64,000 nt of DNA, from the NCBI GenBank assembly GCA_965204085.1, contig CBDBEE010000003.1, positions 1,068,173 through 1,132,172 of the forward strand, in the 5' to 3' direction. Of this stretch, positions 33,918 to 44,147 are shown one piece after another. The translations under genes were made by a program, and so were the position numbers. The stretch is from Candidatus Poribacteria bacterium. Its GTDB lineage: Bacteria; Poribacteria; WGA-4E; JAJDTR01. Every line of letters begins with the position of its first letter. Position 1 is the stretch's first letter. The notes beneath the pieces were generated by a model, which was not told where the DNA came from, did no database searches, and worked only from the letters and a program-made list of their open reading frames with translations.

Positions 33918-34679
33918 CTACCACGTTGCGAAGTCCCTGAGAAATGAGACCACCTCGCCGGTAATGGCGTTCAATAAAGATTCACCTTTCTCCGCGGTGG
34001 CGTGTTGAGGTCCACCCATTGCGCCGGTCGGCGTCCAAGTATTCATCCGTTTGGCGACATTGACCCGCCCGCCGTGTTCACTATGAAAAAAAGGCGAATC
34101 CAATAGAGGCGGGCTTGAAGTAACTCGATCCATTCGCATCAGCTCGCCATGCAACCACAACATCATGGAGGTCTCGTACTCGCAAGCGTGGGACAACTGT
34201 TGTGTCTGCATCCCGTGGTTTTCCGCCGCCATGACAGGCGATGCAACGGACCAATAAGACGCTAGCGCCATCCACAGATTGTTGTACTCTTCGGATTCGT
34301 TAGCTAACTCGGTGATTGCTTGTGTGCCTGGAATGACATTGCCGCCGTGACCGTTCAGGAAGAATATTCGTTGAAAACCCGCCCTGCTGATGGAACGCAC
34401 AATATTCTTGATAACTGTTGTATAGACATGGTTGGGCACGCTCGTCGTTCCGGGCAAATCAAGATGGTGATCCGAGGCGCCAAGCCACAACGTCGGTAAA
34501 AAGTACGTCTCTTCACGAAGTTCCCGTTCGACACGCTCGGCGACCTCCGTGACCAAATACGTATCCGTTAAGAGCGGCGAATGATGCCCATGCTGCTCCA
34601 TCGAACCAAGAGGAATCACGACAACCTTATTCTTGTCCGATTGCTCAATATCCACCCAACAACCATCGCCATATTTCAC
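33918..34679 (-). CDS. Creatininase-family amidohydrolase
   Basis: PLGSMEQHGHHSPLLTD and FFLNGHGGN motifs. Confidence 0.8.
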   Translation of the reverse strand: MKYGDGCWVDIEQSDKNKVVVIPLGSMEQHGHHSPLLTDTYLVTEVAERVERELREETYFLPTLWLGASDHHLDLPGTTSVPNHVYTTVIKNIVRSISRAGFQRIFFLNGHGGNVIPGTQAITELANESEEYNNLWMALASYWSVASPVMAAENHGMQTQQLSHACEYETSMMLWLHGELMRMDRVTSSPPLLDSPFFHSEHGGRVNVAKRMNTWTPTGAMGGPQHATAEKGESLLNAITGEVVSFLRDFATW

Positions 34680-34746
34680 AATGTTTTCCCTCCTAAGCCC
34701 GATCCTTGAACGCCGTTAAATCTCATCGCGTGTAGTGACACGTATT

Positions 34747-36552
34747 TCAATCCGTGTCATCTTCACCGTAAATCGCGTTGATTTCATCACTAAAATGATC
34801 GAGAATAACTTGACGCTTCAGTTTGAGAGTCGGCGTCATCTCATCCTCTTCTTGTGTGAATTCTCGATTGAGCACTGCGAACATTCTAGGGCGTTCAAAG
34901 TCCGCGAAGTCCGCCACGAGCCGGTTGATTTCTCCTCGGATCAGCTGTCGAACTTCCTTCGTTTCAACCAGCGTGGCATTATTCTCCGTATCCAAACCTT
35001 GCTCTTTCCCAAATTCTCCGAGCGCATCGAAATTTGGGACTACGAGCGCGCCAACGCTTTTCTGACCATCCCCGATCAACATAACTTGGCTGATATAGTC
35101 GCTCCGAACAAGCTCGCTTTCAATCGGTTGCGGCGCAACATTTTTCCCGTTTGACAACACTAGAATATTCTTCTTTCGGTCTGTAATCTTCAAAAACCCA
35201 TCTCCATCGAACTGGCCAATATCCCCGGTATGGAACCAGCCATCGGAATCAATTGCCTCGGCCGTGTCGTCGGGGCGGTTGTAGTAGCCCTGCATGATGT
35301 GCGGTCCTCTGGATAGGATTTCGCCATCTTCCGCTATTTTGACTTCAACTCCCGGAATGGGTTTGCCAACGGTACCGAATTTCCAAGCATCCGGGCAATT
35401 TACGGAAATCACCGGCGAGGTCTCGGTCAAGCCATACCCTTCGAGAATCAGAATTCCAGCAGCGTGGAAAAACTCCGCGATTGATTGAGGCAGAGCGGCT
35501 CCGCCCGACACAAAAAATTTCAATCGTCCGCCTACTCTGGCAAGAATTTTCCCGAAAACCAATTTGTTTGCAAGTCCCATTTTCAGCTTCAATAGGGAAG
35601 ACGGTTCACTATGCGTCTGAATTGCCTGACTCACCTTTTGACCGGTTTCTACTCCCCAGCCGAATATTTTCTGTTTAATGGGCGATCCCTCTTTCACCGC
35701 ACGAAGAATCCGCTCATGCATCGTTTCATAGAGACGGGGGACACTCGCCATGAGGGTAGGACGCACCTCCCCCAAGTTTTGAGCGACCGTAAACGGGCTT
35801 TCCGCATACGCGATGGTCGAACCGCAAGTGAGCGGCAAATAATGTCCTGCCATTCGCTCAAACACGTGTGATAAAGGCAAGAATGATAGGAGCACATCTT
35901 CGTGGCTAATGGCTACAAGCTCAAGACAGGCGCGGGCATTGAACATGAAGTTGTGGTGGGTCAGCATTGCCCCTTTCGGGTCGCCGGTTGTCCCTGAAGT
36001 ATAAATGATAGTCACAAGGTCATCGGGGTCTGCCGCTCCGCTCGCCCCTTGGAAAATCTGAGTTCCATTCTCGGCGTTCTTTCCGAGTTCGCATACTTCC
36101 CCAAAGCTTAAATCCTGATTATCTGTGTCCGACGCTGTAGCGTCAAAAACAATGACTCGCTCAAGATGTGACACATTCTCTCGGAAGGCCTCAATCTTTT
36201 TTAACTGGTCATCGTTTGACACACATACGATTTTGGCTCCAGAGTCTTTCACTATATACTCTACCTGGGCGGGAGTGAGCGTCGGAAACATCGGCACATT
36301 CACTCCCCCCGCAGCAATGATTGCCAAGTCGGTGATTGCCCACTCGGGACGATTCTCGGACAGTAATACGACACGGTCGCCCCGTTCCACACCAAGTTCG
36401 ATGAGTCCCAATGCGAAGTGTTCCACGCGCTCCCCGAGTTCTGCGTAGGAGGTATCGTGATAACTGCCGTCGATCTTGCTAGAAAGCGCGGCTTTGGATC
36501 CGTACTGACGAATGGAGTTCGCAAGCATTTCATTAATCGTCATTTTTTCCAT
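34747..36552 (-). CDS. Long-chain fatty-acid--CoA ligase (AMP-binding enzyme)
   Basis: YTSGTTGDPKGAMLTHHN, EGYGLTETS, HTGDIG, PTLKLKR. Confidence 0.9.
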   Translation of the reverse strand: MEKMTINEMLANSIRQYGSKAALSSKIDGSYHDTSYAELGERVEHFALGLIELGVERGDRVVLLSENRPEWAITDLAIIAAGGVNVPMFPTLTPAQVEYIVKDSGAKIVCVSNDDQLKKIEAFRENVSHLERVIVFDATASDTDNQDLSFGEVCELGKNAENGTQIFQGASGAADPDDLVTIIYTSGTTGDPKGAMLTHHNFMFNARACLELVAISHEDVLLSFLPLSHVFERMAGHYLPLTCGSTIAYAESPFTVAQNLGEVRPTLMASVPRLYETMHERILRAVKEGSPIKQKIFGWGVETGQKVSQAIQTHSEPSSLLKLKMGLANKLVFGKILARVGGRLKFFVSGGAALPQSIAEFFHAAGILILEGYGLTETSPVISVNCPDAWKFGTVGKPIPGVEVKIAEDGEILSRGPHIMQGYYNRPDDTAEAIDSDGWFHTGDIGQFDGDGFLKITDRKKNILVLSNGKNVAPQPIESELVRSDYISQVMLIGDGQKSVGALVVPNFDALGEFGKEQGLDTENNATLVETKEVRQLIRGEINRLVADFADFERPRMFAVLNREFTQEEDEMTPTLKLKRQVILDHFSDEINAIYGEDDTD

Positions 36553-36728
36553 AGTATTTGTCCTCGTATTCTAGTCTGGCCGTTAGGAATCGGAATCTTC
36601 TACGTGCATTCCGCTGCGTAAAAAAACCACCTAGGTTCGTGTGTAGATATGTGTGTTACAAAGAGCTTATTTCGAAGAAAGGGCTGTGGACGGTGAGCGC
36701 TAATACCGTTAAATCCAAGGGACGACTG

Positions 36729-37559
36729 CTAGCGGCTAGCGCGCTTACGTCTTCCTGAAATAGGTGATGTCGGGATACGCATCTCCTCTATAGGACCGGA
36801 AGACCTCTGCGTAGTTCCGTAGATAACCCAACTACCGACAACCACTAAGGCAATACTGATTAACTGTGCCGTTGTCAATCCGGCGATGACACGCTCGCTC
36901 GTCCGCCAAAATTCGGCTACAAATCGTTCGATTCCCGCCGCAATAAGCCCTGCACCAACCACCCATCCGGCTATTCCCTCTTTCTTTTTGCGGATTGACC
37001 AAAGTAGCGCGAAACCGACGAGCGATAATCCGAATTCATACAGCGGCGTCGGGTGAACGGGGACGGTTGTAGGAACCGTGCCTTTAGGAAATGACATTGC
37101 CCAACGCAAGTCCGATGGCGGACCATAATCCCCATCTCCCGCAAGGAAACAGCCGATTCGTCCAATGCCATATCCAAGCAAGAGTAGCGGAGCAAGGGCG
37201 TCAAGCGTTGGCAAGAGAGGACTGGAAGATCTATGGATGACCCAGATTGCGGCCCCAAGACCTCCGATTAAACCACCATACCACACAAGCCCGCTGTTTG
37301 AGAACAGTTCTCTGAATGAAAGGCTACCGTCTTGCAGGCAGGAATAAAGTTTTGCACCGATGATCCCACCTAGAGCGCCCCATAAAATAATAGAAGAGGC
37401 AAGCCTAGGTTCAAGCCCTTTTCGTTTAAACTCGCGTTGCCCCATATACATACTGATAAGAAAGGCGAGCGCCATCATCAGTCCATAGCTATGTACTGCT
37501 ATGGGTATGTGAATTGGACCAAGGTGGAAAGTCCCTAAGTGAAATATAGTAGGATACAT
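36729..37559 (-). CDS. lgt: Prolipoprotein diacylglyceryl transferase
   Basis: IAVHSYGLMMALAFL, GGLIG, GRIGCFLAGDGDYG, PTPLYE; a ~7-TM protein. Confidence 0.85.
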   Translation of the reverse strand: MYPTIFHLGTFHLGPIHIPIAVHSYGLMMALAFLISMYMGQREFKRKGLEPRLASSIILWGALGGIIGAKLYSCLQDGSLSFRELFSNSGLVWYGGLIGGLGAAIWVIHRSSSPLLPTLDALAPLLLLGYGIGRIGCFLAGDGDYGPPSDLRWAMSFPKGTVPTTVPVHPTPLYEFGLSLVGFALLWSIRKKKEGIAGWVVGAGLIAAGIERFVAEFWRTSERVIAGLTTAQLISIALVVVGSWVIYGTTQRSSGPIEEMRIPTSPISGRRKRASR

Positions 37560-38056
37560 GACTCGACCGTAGTTAAGACCTCATTAACTTATTAAGTAGC
37601 GCAAATTACTTGTGATGGTGATTATTGAGTCTGGGTAGACTACACGAAAGCCATGGCGGCGATCTCGCTCAAAACTATTAATTGGAAGTTGGATTTAATT
37701 TTATGGAATTGACAATAGCGGACGATTGAATCCCTGCCCAACGATAATGTGTTCTGGAAGTGATGAAAACGCTGCGAATTACATTGGTAATTTTGCAGTG
37801 AAACCCATGCCATTACTGCACCATAAGGATATTCGACCCACCAAAAAATGTCAAGCGGAATTTCGACCACAAATTGAAAACGGGTCATTTATTTGCTTTT
37901 CGGTGAAAAAGGCTTTGCAAACTTTTCTGAAATGTGCTATACTTGGCAAATCCAAATTCCGAAGAAGCGCCAGAAGCGCTTTACGACTAGTGTTTTCCTT
38001 TGTTTTGTATTATCATTGAAGCACGGGAGACAGGTGTCGGAAGGGTAGCAACATTA

Positions 38057-38995
38057 ATGAGTTCACGAGAATTCTGGTTGGCGCTTGCATCGATTGAAGG
38101 CATCGGCTCAATTCGGATTAATCGGCTCTTGAATCGCTTCGGAAGCGTGGAAAAGATTTTTAACGCCGAATTATCGGAAATAGCTCGTCTTCCGCGTTTC
38201 ACCCCGGTTTTAGCGTTACGAATTCTGGAAACTGGGAAACGCCTCGGTAAATTTCGACGTCAAATGGAGTGGCTCAAAAGTCGAGGCATTGAGGTTTTAT
38301 GTGTGGAAGACGCAGCTTATCCTAATAAGCTGAGGACCATATCCAACGCTCCGCCAATTGTCTGCAAAAAGGGAAAGTTGGCAAAAATCGGTCCGAAGGC
38401 TGTAGCAATAGTTGGCTCGACGCGGCCGACAGAGTTGGGAATTCTGACAACCATCGAGTTGTCTAAATCTTTCGCTCGTGCGGGTTTCACAGTTGTCAGT
38501 GGCTTTGCCAAGGGAATCGACACCTCTGCACATATTGGCGCGCTTTCGGTGGGTGGAACGACCGTCGGGGTGTTTGGTGGGGATCTCTTTTCGATATACC
38601 CCACGGAGAATCGCCCGCTTGCGGCGCAAGTTTGTAAAAGTGGTACGCTCCTTTCCGAGCACCCGTTTTCTACTCGTCCCACGCCGGCAAACTTGGTTTT
38701 ACGCAACCGAATTATCAGCGGGTTGTCAATAGCGACAATCGTAGTTGAAGCCAGAGAAAACGGCGGTGCCGTGCGTACGGCAGGATATGCTCTCGAACAA
38801 GGTCGCGCAGTGTTTGCTTACGACTGGCAGAAACGTCATCGCTTGAGCGAAGGCCCTCGCCATCTTCTTCAGCGAGGAGCAATCCCAATAACTTTAGGCA
38901 GACTAAAGGAAGTTGAGAGTCATCTATTAAATCCGGAGCTGTTTACGGTGCAACCGAGAAGTTGTTCTTTCGTTGAACAAATAGAACTATTTTAG
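38057..38995 (+). CDS. dprA: DNA-processing protein A (Smf/DprA)
   Basis: LASIEGIGSIRINRLLNRFGS (SAM-like N-terminal domain), VAIVGSTRPTELG, SGFAKGIDTSAHIGAL, VVEARENGGA. Confidence 0.85.
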   Translation: MSSREFWLALASIEGIGSIRINRLLNRFGSVEKIFNAELSEIARLPRFTPVLALRILETGKRLGKFRRQMEWLKSRGIEVLCVEDAAYPNKLRTISNAPPIVCKKGKLAKIGPKAVAIVGSTRPTELGILTTIELSKSFARAGFTVVSGFAKGIDTSAHIGALSVGGTTVGVFGGDLFSIYPTENRPLAAQVCKSGTLLSEHPFSTRPTPANLVLRNRIISGLSIATIVVEARENGGAVRTAGYALEQGRAVFAYDWQKRHRLSEGPRHLLQRGAIPITLGRLKEVESHLLNPELFTVQPRSCSFVEQIELF

Positions 38996-39304
38996 GAGGT
39001 GTTTTTGAAGACTTAAGAACTTGGTTGTTGAAAATTCGGAAAAATGTGTAGGTTTTTCTTTACAACAATTGGAAATTCTGATAGACTATAGTCTATCTTG
39101 AACGAATTAGTCAAAAACATGCGGATGCTTGGTTGATTGAAAGCATTACAACACTTAGCTTGTTCTTGAGGTTTGACATTGGCGTTGTTGCCAACTTGCT
39201 TCAAAACTTCAGGCGCATACGTCAATTATAATTGCGAGGGCTGATTTAGGCTGTCCGGCTAAACCTAGATGTTTTTATACACAAATCAAAAAGGAGTAGA
39301 AATA

Positions 39305-39943
39305 ATGCACAAGCTCTTTCGAACCTTAGCTTTGGTAATGACTGCAATGTTGGTTACCTACCTAGTTGGATGTGGCGGTGGCGAGACGGAACCGGAGGGC
39401 CCGCCGTCAGCTACAACCGTTACCGCTGACCCGCCGAGTGGGTCCACAGTTCCGTCAAATGCTGAAATCTCGCTTACCCTTGATCAGGCAGTTGACGCTG
39501 TGGCAGGTGCCACGGGGTCGGGGAAAAACTGGAAGATTCAGGCACAGGAAAACCTGTCTGTTACTTGGACCAACAAAGATGGAACCGACGGTGGCCCGGT
39601 TACGTTCAACTATACACTCAGGGAGCCTGACACCGTACCGCCGAAAATTACCGGTGGAAACGTAACCAATGGAGCCAAGGATGTCGATCCCGGCCCGCTA
39701 AACGCCGACAAGATTCAGATTACGTTTGATGAAACTGTTACCGGTTCAGCCGAATTGAACTTTGAGGACAATACGTCTGCCGGTTGGCAAGGGACGGTTA
39801 CTGGCCAGAATGCCGAACTTACCCCGGTTGCAGGAAAGGAACTCGCCAACTCTGTGACCTATGTAGTCGTGCTCAACGTTACCGACGCGGCTGGTAATAA
39901 CGCTACGTTCAATGTCGAGTTTACCACCAAAGCAAAAGAATAG
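39305..39943 (+). CDS. Lipoprotein with Ig-like (SbsA_Ig-type) domains
   Basis: Lipobox LVGCGGG. The repeated DPPSGSTVPSN / VPPKITGGNVTNGAKDVDP pattern is typical of Ig-like surface domains. AAGGAG RBS. Confidence 0.6.
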   Translation: MHKLFRTLALVMTAMLVTYLVGCGGGETEPEGPPSATTVTADPPSGSTVPSNAEISLTLDQAVDAVAGATGSGKNWKIQAQENLSVTWTNKDGTDGGPVTFNYTLREPDTVPPKITGGNVTNGAKDVDPGPLNADKIQITFDETVTGSAELNFEDNTSAGWQGTVTGQNAELTPVAGKELANSVTYVVVLNVTDAAGNNATFNVEFTTKAKE

Positions 39944-39981
39944 GTGTAATCCTCGCCACTCGGTTTGAAATGCAGTACTCA

Positions 39982-40016
39982 AGGCAACACGTTCCAGAAC
40001 GTGTTGCCTTTTTTTG
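39982..40016 (+). terminator. Rho-independent terminator
   Basis: Perfect 12-bp stem aggcaacacgtt/aacgtgttgcct, 4-nt loop, followed by ttttttt. Confidence 0.85.
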
Positions 40017-40472
40017 TTGCATTTTCAAGAGCAAGCTTCCGTTCTCAAGTCTCAAGGTTGATTGTAGGGGACGGCCCCTGTGCCGTCCCCTGGGAATCAA
40101 GTTAAGAGAGGTCGCCTAGGTTTTTTTGACGTTGCATCGTCACCAAATTACTGAGGAAGTCATCAATAGGGGCGGTCACATAATCAACCGGGTAAGACAA
40201 CCGATTTTCTGTCAAGTGAGGGTAGGGGAGGGATATCACTCGCACTGACTTTTCTTTCACTTGATCCTCGCTCTAGGTTTGATGCATGGTCTGCGCTCAA
40301 TGAATTTGTACTATACGCTGGCAGTCGTAGGGGTTGGGTCCCACCCCTTTGGGTGCCTCCCTCGATTTATGCGCCCGCCTAACATAAATGTCAACAAAAC
40401 CCGGTGAATTAGGAAGGATTCCTTTGTTCAAATTCACATGGAATCAATAGTTTAAAACTTTAAAACATTGAT

Positions 40473-40621
40473 AACTGTTTAGTTCAGTCCAGAACTTACG
40501 CGCCAACGGGAAATCGCGACCTAGAGATCGCTCCTACATTACACTCATGATGTAGGAACAGGGATTAAACTGCAGCACGGCGAACCAACATTCCCAAAAC
40601 AGATTGATAGACTAAACAGTT
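40473..40621. repeat. MITE-like element with 11-bp TIR containing the family-C core
   Basis: aactgtttagt (40473-83) pairs with actaaacagtt (40611-21). Internal gcgacctagagatcgctcctaca plus hairpin cctacat..atgtagg. Confidence 0.6.
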
Positions 40622-40933
40622 ACAAACATTGAACCGCATGACTTTCGCCCCAAAACGCTTAGCTTGATACTAATGGGGACAGTCCGTCGTCTCATGCTGC
40701 CATGATTGCCCCGGATCGACGGCACGAAACCGTCATAGTCCAATTGGGAGGGTGTCTGTTTCAAAGGGAGAGAATCTAGGAGAGCGTTCTATCTGGGAGG
40801 CAAAGAGAGGAGAGAGAAAATCGGAATTCAATAACTGCAGGTGCTTTCAAGCGTGGGACAGCATTCCCATCGGGACTGGAAAAACCCCACTATTGCCACT
40901 TCCATAACGGTTGGAGCATACATTCAAGCAAAA

Positions 40934-41581
40934 TTAAATCAAACGTAGCCAGTCACTTAATAGAAAATCTACACGCTGAATCAAGAGCGACACACGCCCC
41001 ATTACGGTGTTGCCAAACGCCGATCCGAATCCCACCATCAAAAAGATTATCCCCACCTTTGAAATCCTGCCGACGGTTCCCCGATGTTCAATTGAGAAGA
41101 AGAAGTAGGTCAGCGTACAAATGACGCCGACAACCATCAGGATAGCGCCGAAAATCTTAAATAGTCCCGCATCACCGGCATGAATCTCCGCGAACGGCGC
41201 CAATGTGCCGTGAACCTGCTGAAAGATAAACGCATCCATAACATTGGGAATGGCACGTCCTGCACCGATTCCGATGAGAATCGCAATCGGATAGCGGATT
41301 AACCAACTGTATTTGGGAACAACGCGAGCAAAGAACAGTAGACCGATGGCAATCGGAATGAGTTTGAGGAGTCCCATGAATTCACGTTCCGTGACAGCTT
41401 CCCAGAACGGAACCCATGCTAACGGGATTAATCCTTGATGGATTGAGAACACGATTCCATAGCCTACCGAGAGCCCTACAAAGAGATGTTCGGCGAAACG
41501 GTAAAAGGGATTGTCGCGATAGAGAAAACTATAGATGCACAGGGTGAAGAATGCGGCAACCCAAATTCCAAGCACTTCCAC
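40934..41581 (-). CDS. Integral membrane protein of unknown function (gene 4 of a four-gene membrane cassette)
   Basis: About 6 TM segments. 12-nt gap to the upstream gene. Confidence 0.6.
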   Translation of the reverse strand: MEVLGIWVAAFFTLCIYSFLYRDNPFYRFAEHLFVGLSVGYGIVFSIHQGLIPLAWVPFWEAVTEREFMGLLKLIPIAIGLLFFARVVPKYSWLIRYPIAILIGIGAGRAIPNVMDAFIFQQVHGTLAPFAEIHAGDAGLFKIFGAILMVVGVICTLTYFFFSIEHRGTVGRISKVGIIFLMVGFGSAFGNTVMGRVSLLIQRVDFLLSDWLRLI

Positions 41582-41593
41582 CTTAAAAACCTC

Positions 41594-42409
41594 CTATTGT
41601 GTCCTGCGCCGTTGGATAAAGAAGGCAACATTCCCGATAACGACCAAGACAAAAACCAGCAGATGGACGAACGATTGCACGCTCATGCCCGCCGTTGCTT
41701 TTTCAGGTGTGTCAATTAACGTTTCATATTCGGCTGCTCCCAGTAATCCAGGCATCAACCCGACCAACTGCCCTGATTGTATGAAGGGATACAATTCGGA
41801 AACCATCACCCCTGTTACTCCTGCCGCAACCTGTTGTTTGTATTTGGTGTTTATGTAGGCAATCCATGTGCTCGGCGTCCCCGACGAAGCCAAATCGAGC
41901 ACCAGTGCGATGTGGTCGTAATTCTTTAGGTCCTGCATCATCGGAATCTTGGATAACGGTTTTCCTCGATAATCAGCGTTAAATACGCTGTCAATCGCTG
42001 TCCCCATCCCGAGGATGACTGATATTCCGCCGGGCCGAAAACCGAGAAACACATAATCCTCTCCATCCACCGCTCCCATCTCCGCTGCGGTTTGGCTCAT
42101 CACCCTGTCACCCAACCTGGCGCCAACGTTGAATAATGTCATACCGATCACTCTCACATTTTTACTGAAACAGTGCCGCAAAACCGCAACCGCCATTGGT
42201 TCCAGCTCGGCTAGCGAGGAAGGCCCATAATTGAATGCCATGAGAATCGTGGAGTCCGGCGGAAGTTCATCAACAAAGTCATAAATGCTTCGGGTAGGCT
42301 GTGAGACCGTGATAGGAAAGCGGACGTTCAACAGCGTGGGGATAATCACCGCTATCGCGACGAGAATGAAAACAATGCGCCGGTCGATACTCATCAATTT
42401 TTCCAACAT
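41594..42409 (-). CDS. Bitopic membrane protein (TM - ~230-aa domain - TM), unknown function (gene 3)
   Basis: Start placed at ATG 42409, which has a GGAGGAGGGG RBS inside the end of the upstream gene. TM segments at both ends. Confidence 0.6.
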   Translation of the reverse strand: MLEKLMSIDRRIVFILVAIAVIIPTLLNVRFPITVSQPTRSIYDFVDELPPDSTILMAFNYGPSSLAELEPMAVAVLRHCFSKNVRVIGMTLFNVGARLGDRVMSQTAAEMGAVDGEDYVFLGFRPGGISVILGMGTAIDSVFNADYRGKPLSKIPMMQDLKNYDHIALVLDLASSGTPSTWIAYINTKYKQQVAAGVTGVMVSELYPFIQSGQLVGLMPGLLGAAEYETLIDTPEKATAGMSVQSFVHLLVFVLVVIGNVAFFIQRRRTQ

Positions 42410-42413
42410 CGCA

Positions 42414-43118
42414 TCAATCCCCTCCTCCCAGATAGGAGCGCTCGATTCCAAAGATAATCCGAATGGATTGAGAAATCACGCCCAGGCTGACGCCAAGGAT
42501 GATTCCTCGCCGCGATGAGAGATTCGGATTATCCAAAATCCACTGTCGTGCGGTTGATGGTATGTTTTCCCCCACAGGGCTTAGCTCGTTCCAGAGATAA
42601 TCGCCGATGGGAGCATTTCCGATCATTACGATGAGTGCGGCGGCGAGTAGGAGTGTGGCTTCCAGCGTGCGGGCGCGAAACGCGCGGTACGAGGCGGACG
42701 CAATAAAGAATGCAAGCAGGGAGAACATCGTGGCTTCCATCGGCACTTGAACATTGTCGAAAAACCATACGAATACTTCGTTCTCCATACCTTTAAACCA
42801 TTTAAACCATTCGAGCCACTTGGGTAGTTCGTTTCCTCCGTTCTTCGGGCCCATAGGCAGTCCGAAGGCAACCATCACGATCATGCCTATGAAAACCAAA
42901 TAGCTGTATTGCCAATGCTCAACGCGACGCTTTATGCGTATCCAGTGCGTATGCACAAGCGTAACCACGCCAATGACAAGTGCGAATGGGCCAATAATTA
43001 GGTCCCATTTGATGACTTCGGCTCGCAGCCCTTCGGAAATAGGATGTGGACTAAACTCGACGAGCATCATTACAATGCCGAATAGGAAACACAATATTAG
43101 TGGAACTTGCCGTCTCAT
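42414..43118 (-). CDS. Integral membrane protein of unknown function (gene 2)
   Basis: About 6 TM segments and a Trp/Lys-rich loop (LPKWLEWFKWFKGMENE). Confidence 0.6.
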   Translation of the reverse strand: MRRQVPLILCFLFGIVMMLVEFSPHPISEGLRAEVIKWDLIIGPFALVIGVVTLVHTHWIRIKRRVEHWQYSYLVFIGMIVMVAFGLPMGPKNGGNELPKWLEWFKWFKGMENEVFVWFFDNVQVPMEATMFSLLAFFIASASYRAFRARTLEATLLLAAALIVMIGNAPIGDYLWNELSPVGENIPSTARQWILDNPNLSSRRGIILGVSLGVISQSIRIIFGIERSYLGGGD

Positions 43119-43142
43119 AATTCGTGCTCAGATGTCTAACTA

Positions 43143-44024
43143 CTAGATCTTTTGAAAGAATGTTGATACCCAAGTGATTCCCACCAACTCCAAGATTACG
43201 CCAAGGACAATGCCGGTGAACAGTATAAGTTTCCCATAATCTTGCCCTTTCAGGCTTCCAAGCAACATGGGTTCGCGAGACAAATAGGCACTCGCCGCGT
43301 AAAGCTCTTCGCCAATCAACGTATAGTCGCAAGCCGTGATGAAAAACGGCAACTGTGAATCCGAGTCGCTGCCCGCAATCTGAATCGCCCCCACGGAGTT
43401 CCCTGTTTCGGCAAGAATCAGCGATTCGGCATAGAATGTGCCTTGCAAAAACACGGCGGCTGGCTTCTCGCGCACCATCATTCCGTCCACTGCGGCGGCA
43501 TAAGCGAACTGGCTCTCCGTGACAAAGAAAATGTCATTCTCATTGTACGCATCCGGTCGTCCTTCATCAAGATAGGCAGCCTTGACCATCTCACGCACGA
43601 CATTCAGTACAATCGGATCGTTGCACGGCACGCGAAGCGGCGTCTCGTAATCAGCCGTTTTTCGCGCAACTTGACCGAGGATGTTCATGCTCGCAATGGT
43701 TGCAACATCGCCGACCGTGCCTAGCCCCAAGACGTACAGGATTGGGCGCCCCATTTCCGTAGACCTGCCGATTGCCTCATCCACTGCCTCCAAACCTGCG
43801 ATTCGGCGAATGAAAATGTCCCCACCGCCGCGCGCGTGGTAAATTGAATGGATGATGGCATACGAGAAGAGCACGACCGATACAAAAATCCAAATTTTGC
43901 CGGTATGAAACCATCGTGTGTCCACTTCTGTGGTTGTTTCTTGAGCGAACGCCAAACTATAGCTGCAACTCAACACCACCACGGTTAGAATAACAAAGAA
44001 AAATTTAATTCGTTTTGAAATCAT
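43143..44024 (-). CDS. Membrane protein (signal peptide, TM, ~200-aa domain, C-terminal TM), unknown function (gene 1)
   Basis: Signal peptide ...SLAFAQ, TM IWIFVSVVLFSYAII, C-terminal TM LILFTGIVLGVILELVGI. Confidence 0.6.
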   Translation of the reverse strand: MISKRIKFFFVILTVVVLSCSYSLAFAQETTTEVDTRWFHTGKIWIFVSVVLFSYAIIHSIYHARGGGDIFIRRIAGLEAVDEAIGRSTEMGRPILYVLGLGTVGDVATIASMNILGQVARKTADYETPLRVPCNDPIVLNVVREMVKAAYLDEGRPDAYNENDIFFVTESQFAYAAAVDGMMVREKPAAVFLQGTFYAESLILAETGNSVGAIQIAGSDSDSQLPFFITACDYTLIGEELYAASAYLSREPMLLGSLKGQDYGKLILFTGIVLGVILELVGITWVSTFFQKI

Positions 44025-44147
44025 ACGGATTTGTGCCCTTTCACCTTCTTCAATTCGGGCTTAGCCTATCACACCCTATAACGTAATACAAGAGAAAAAC
44101 CACATGATGAATTTTCGCGGGCATTCTATTGCCATGGGATTTGCGTC

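Noticed and set aside
37640-37888. 82-aa minus-strand ORF upstream of dprA, and 39013..39225 downstream of it
   Set aside because: No RBS, no motifs, AT-rich intergenic context. Probably non-coding.
40017-40933. tmRNA, RNase P RNA, SRP RNA or 6S RNA in the long non-coding gap (and tRNAs anywhere in the window)
   Set aside because: I could not find the conserved strings I know for these RNAs (for example tRNA-like GGTTCGAATCC T-arms, the RNase P GGAAAGTCCGG/AGGGTGAAA blocks, or the SRP GGAAGCAGC motif). The absence is by eye only; a covariance-model scan would be decisive.
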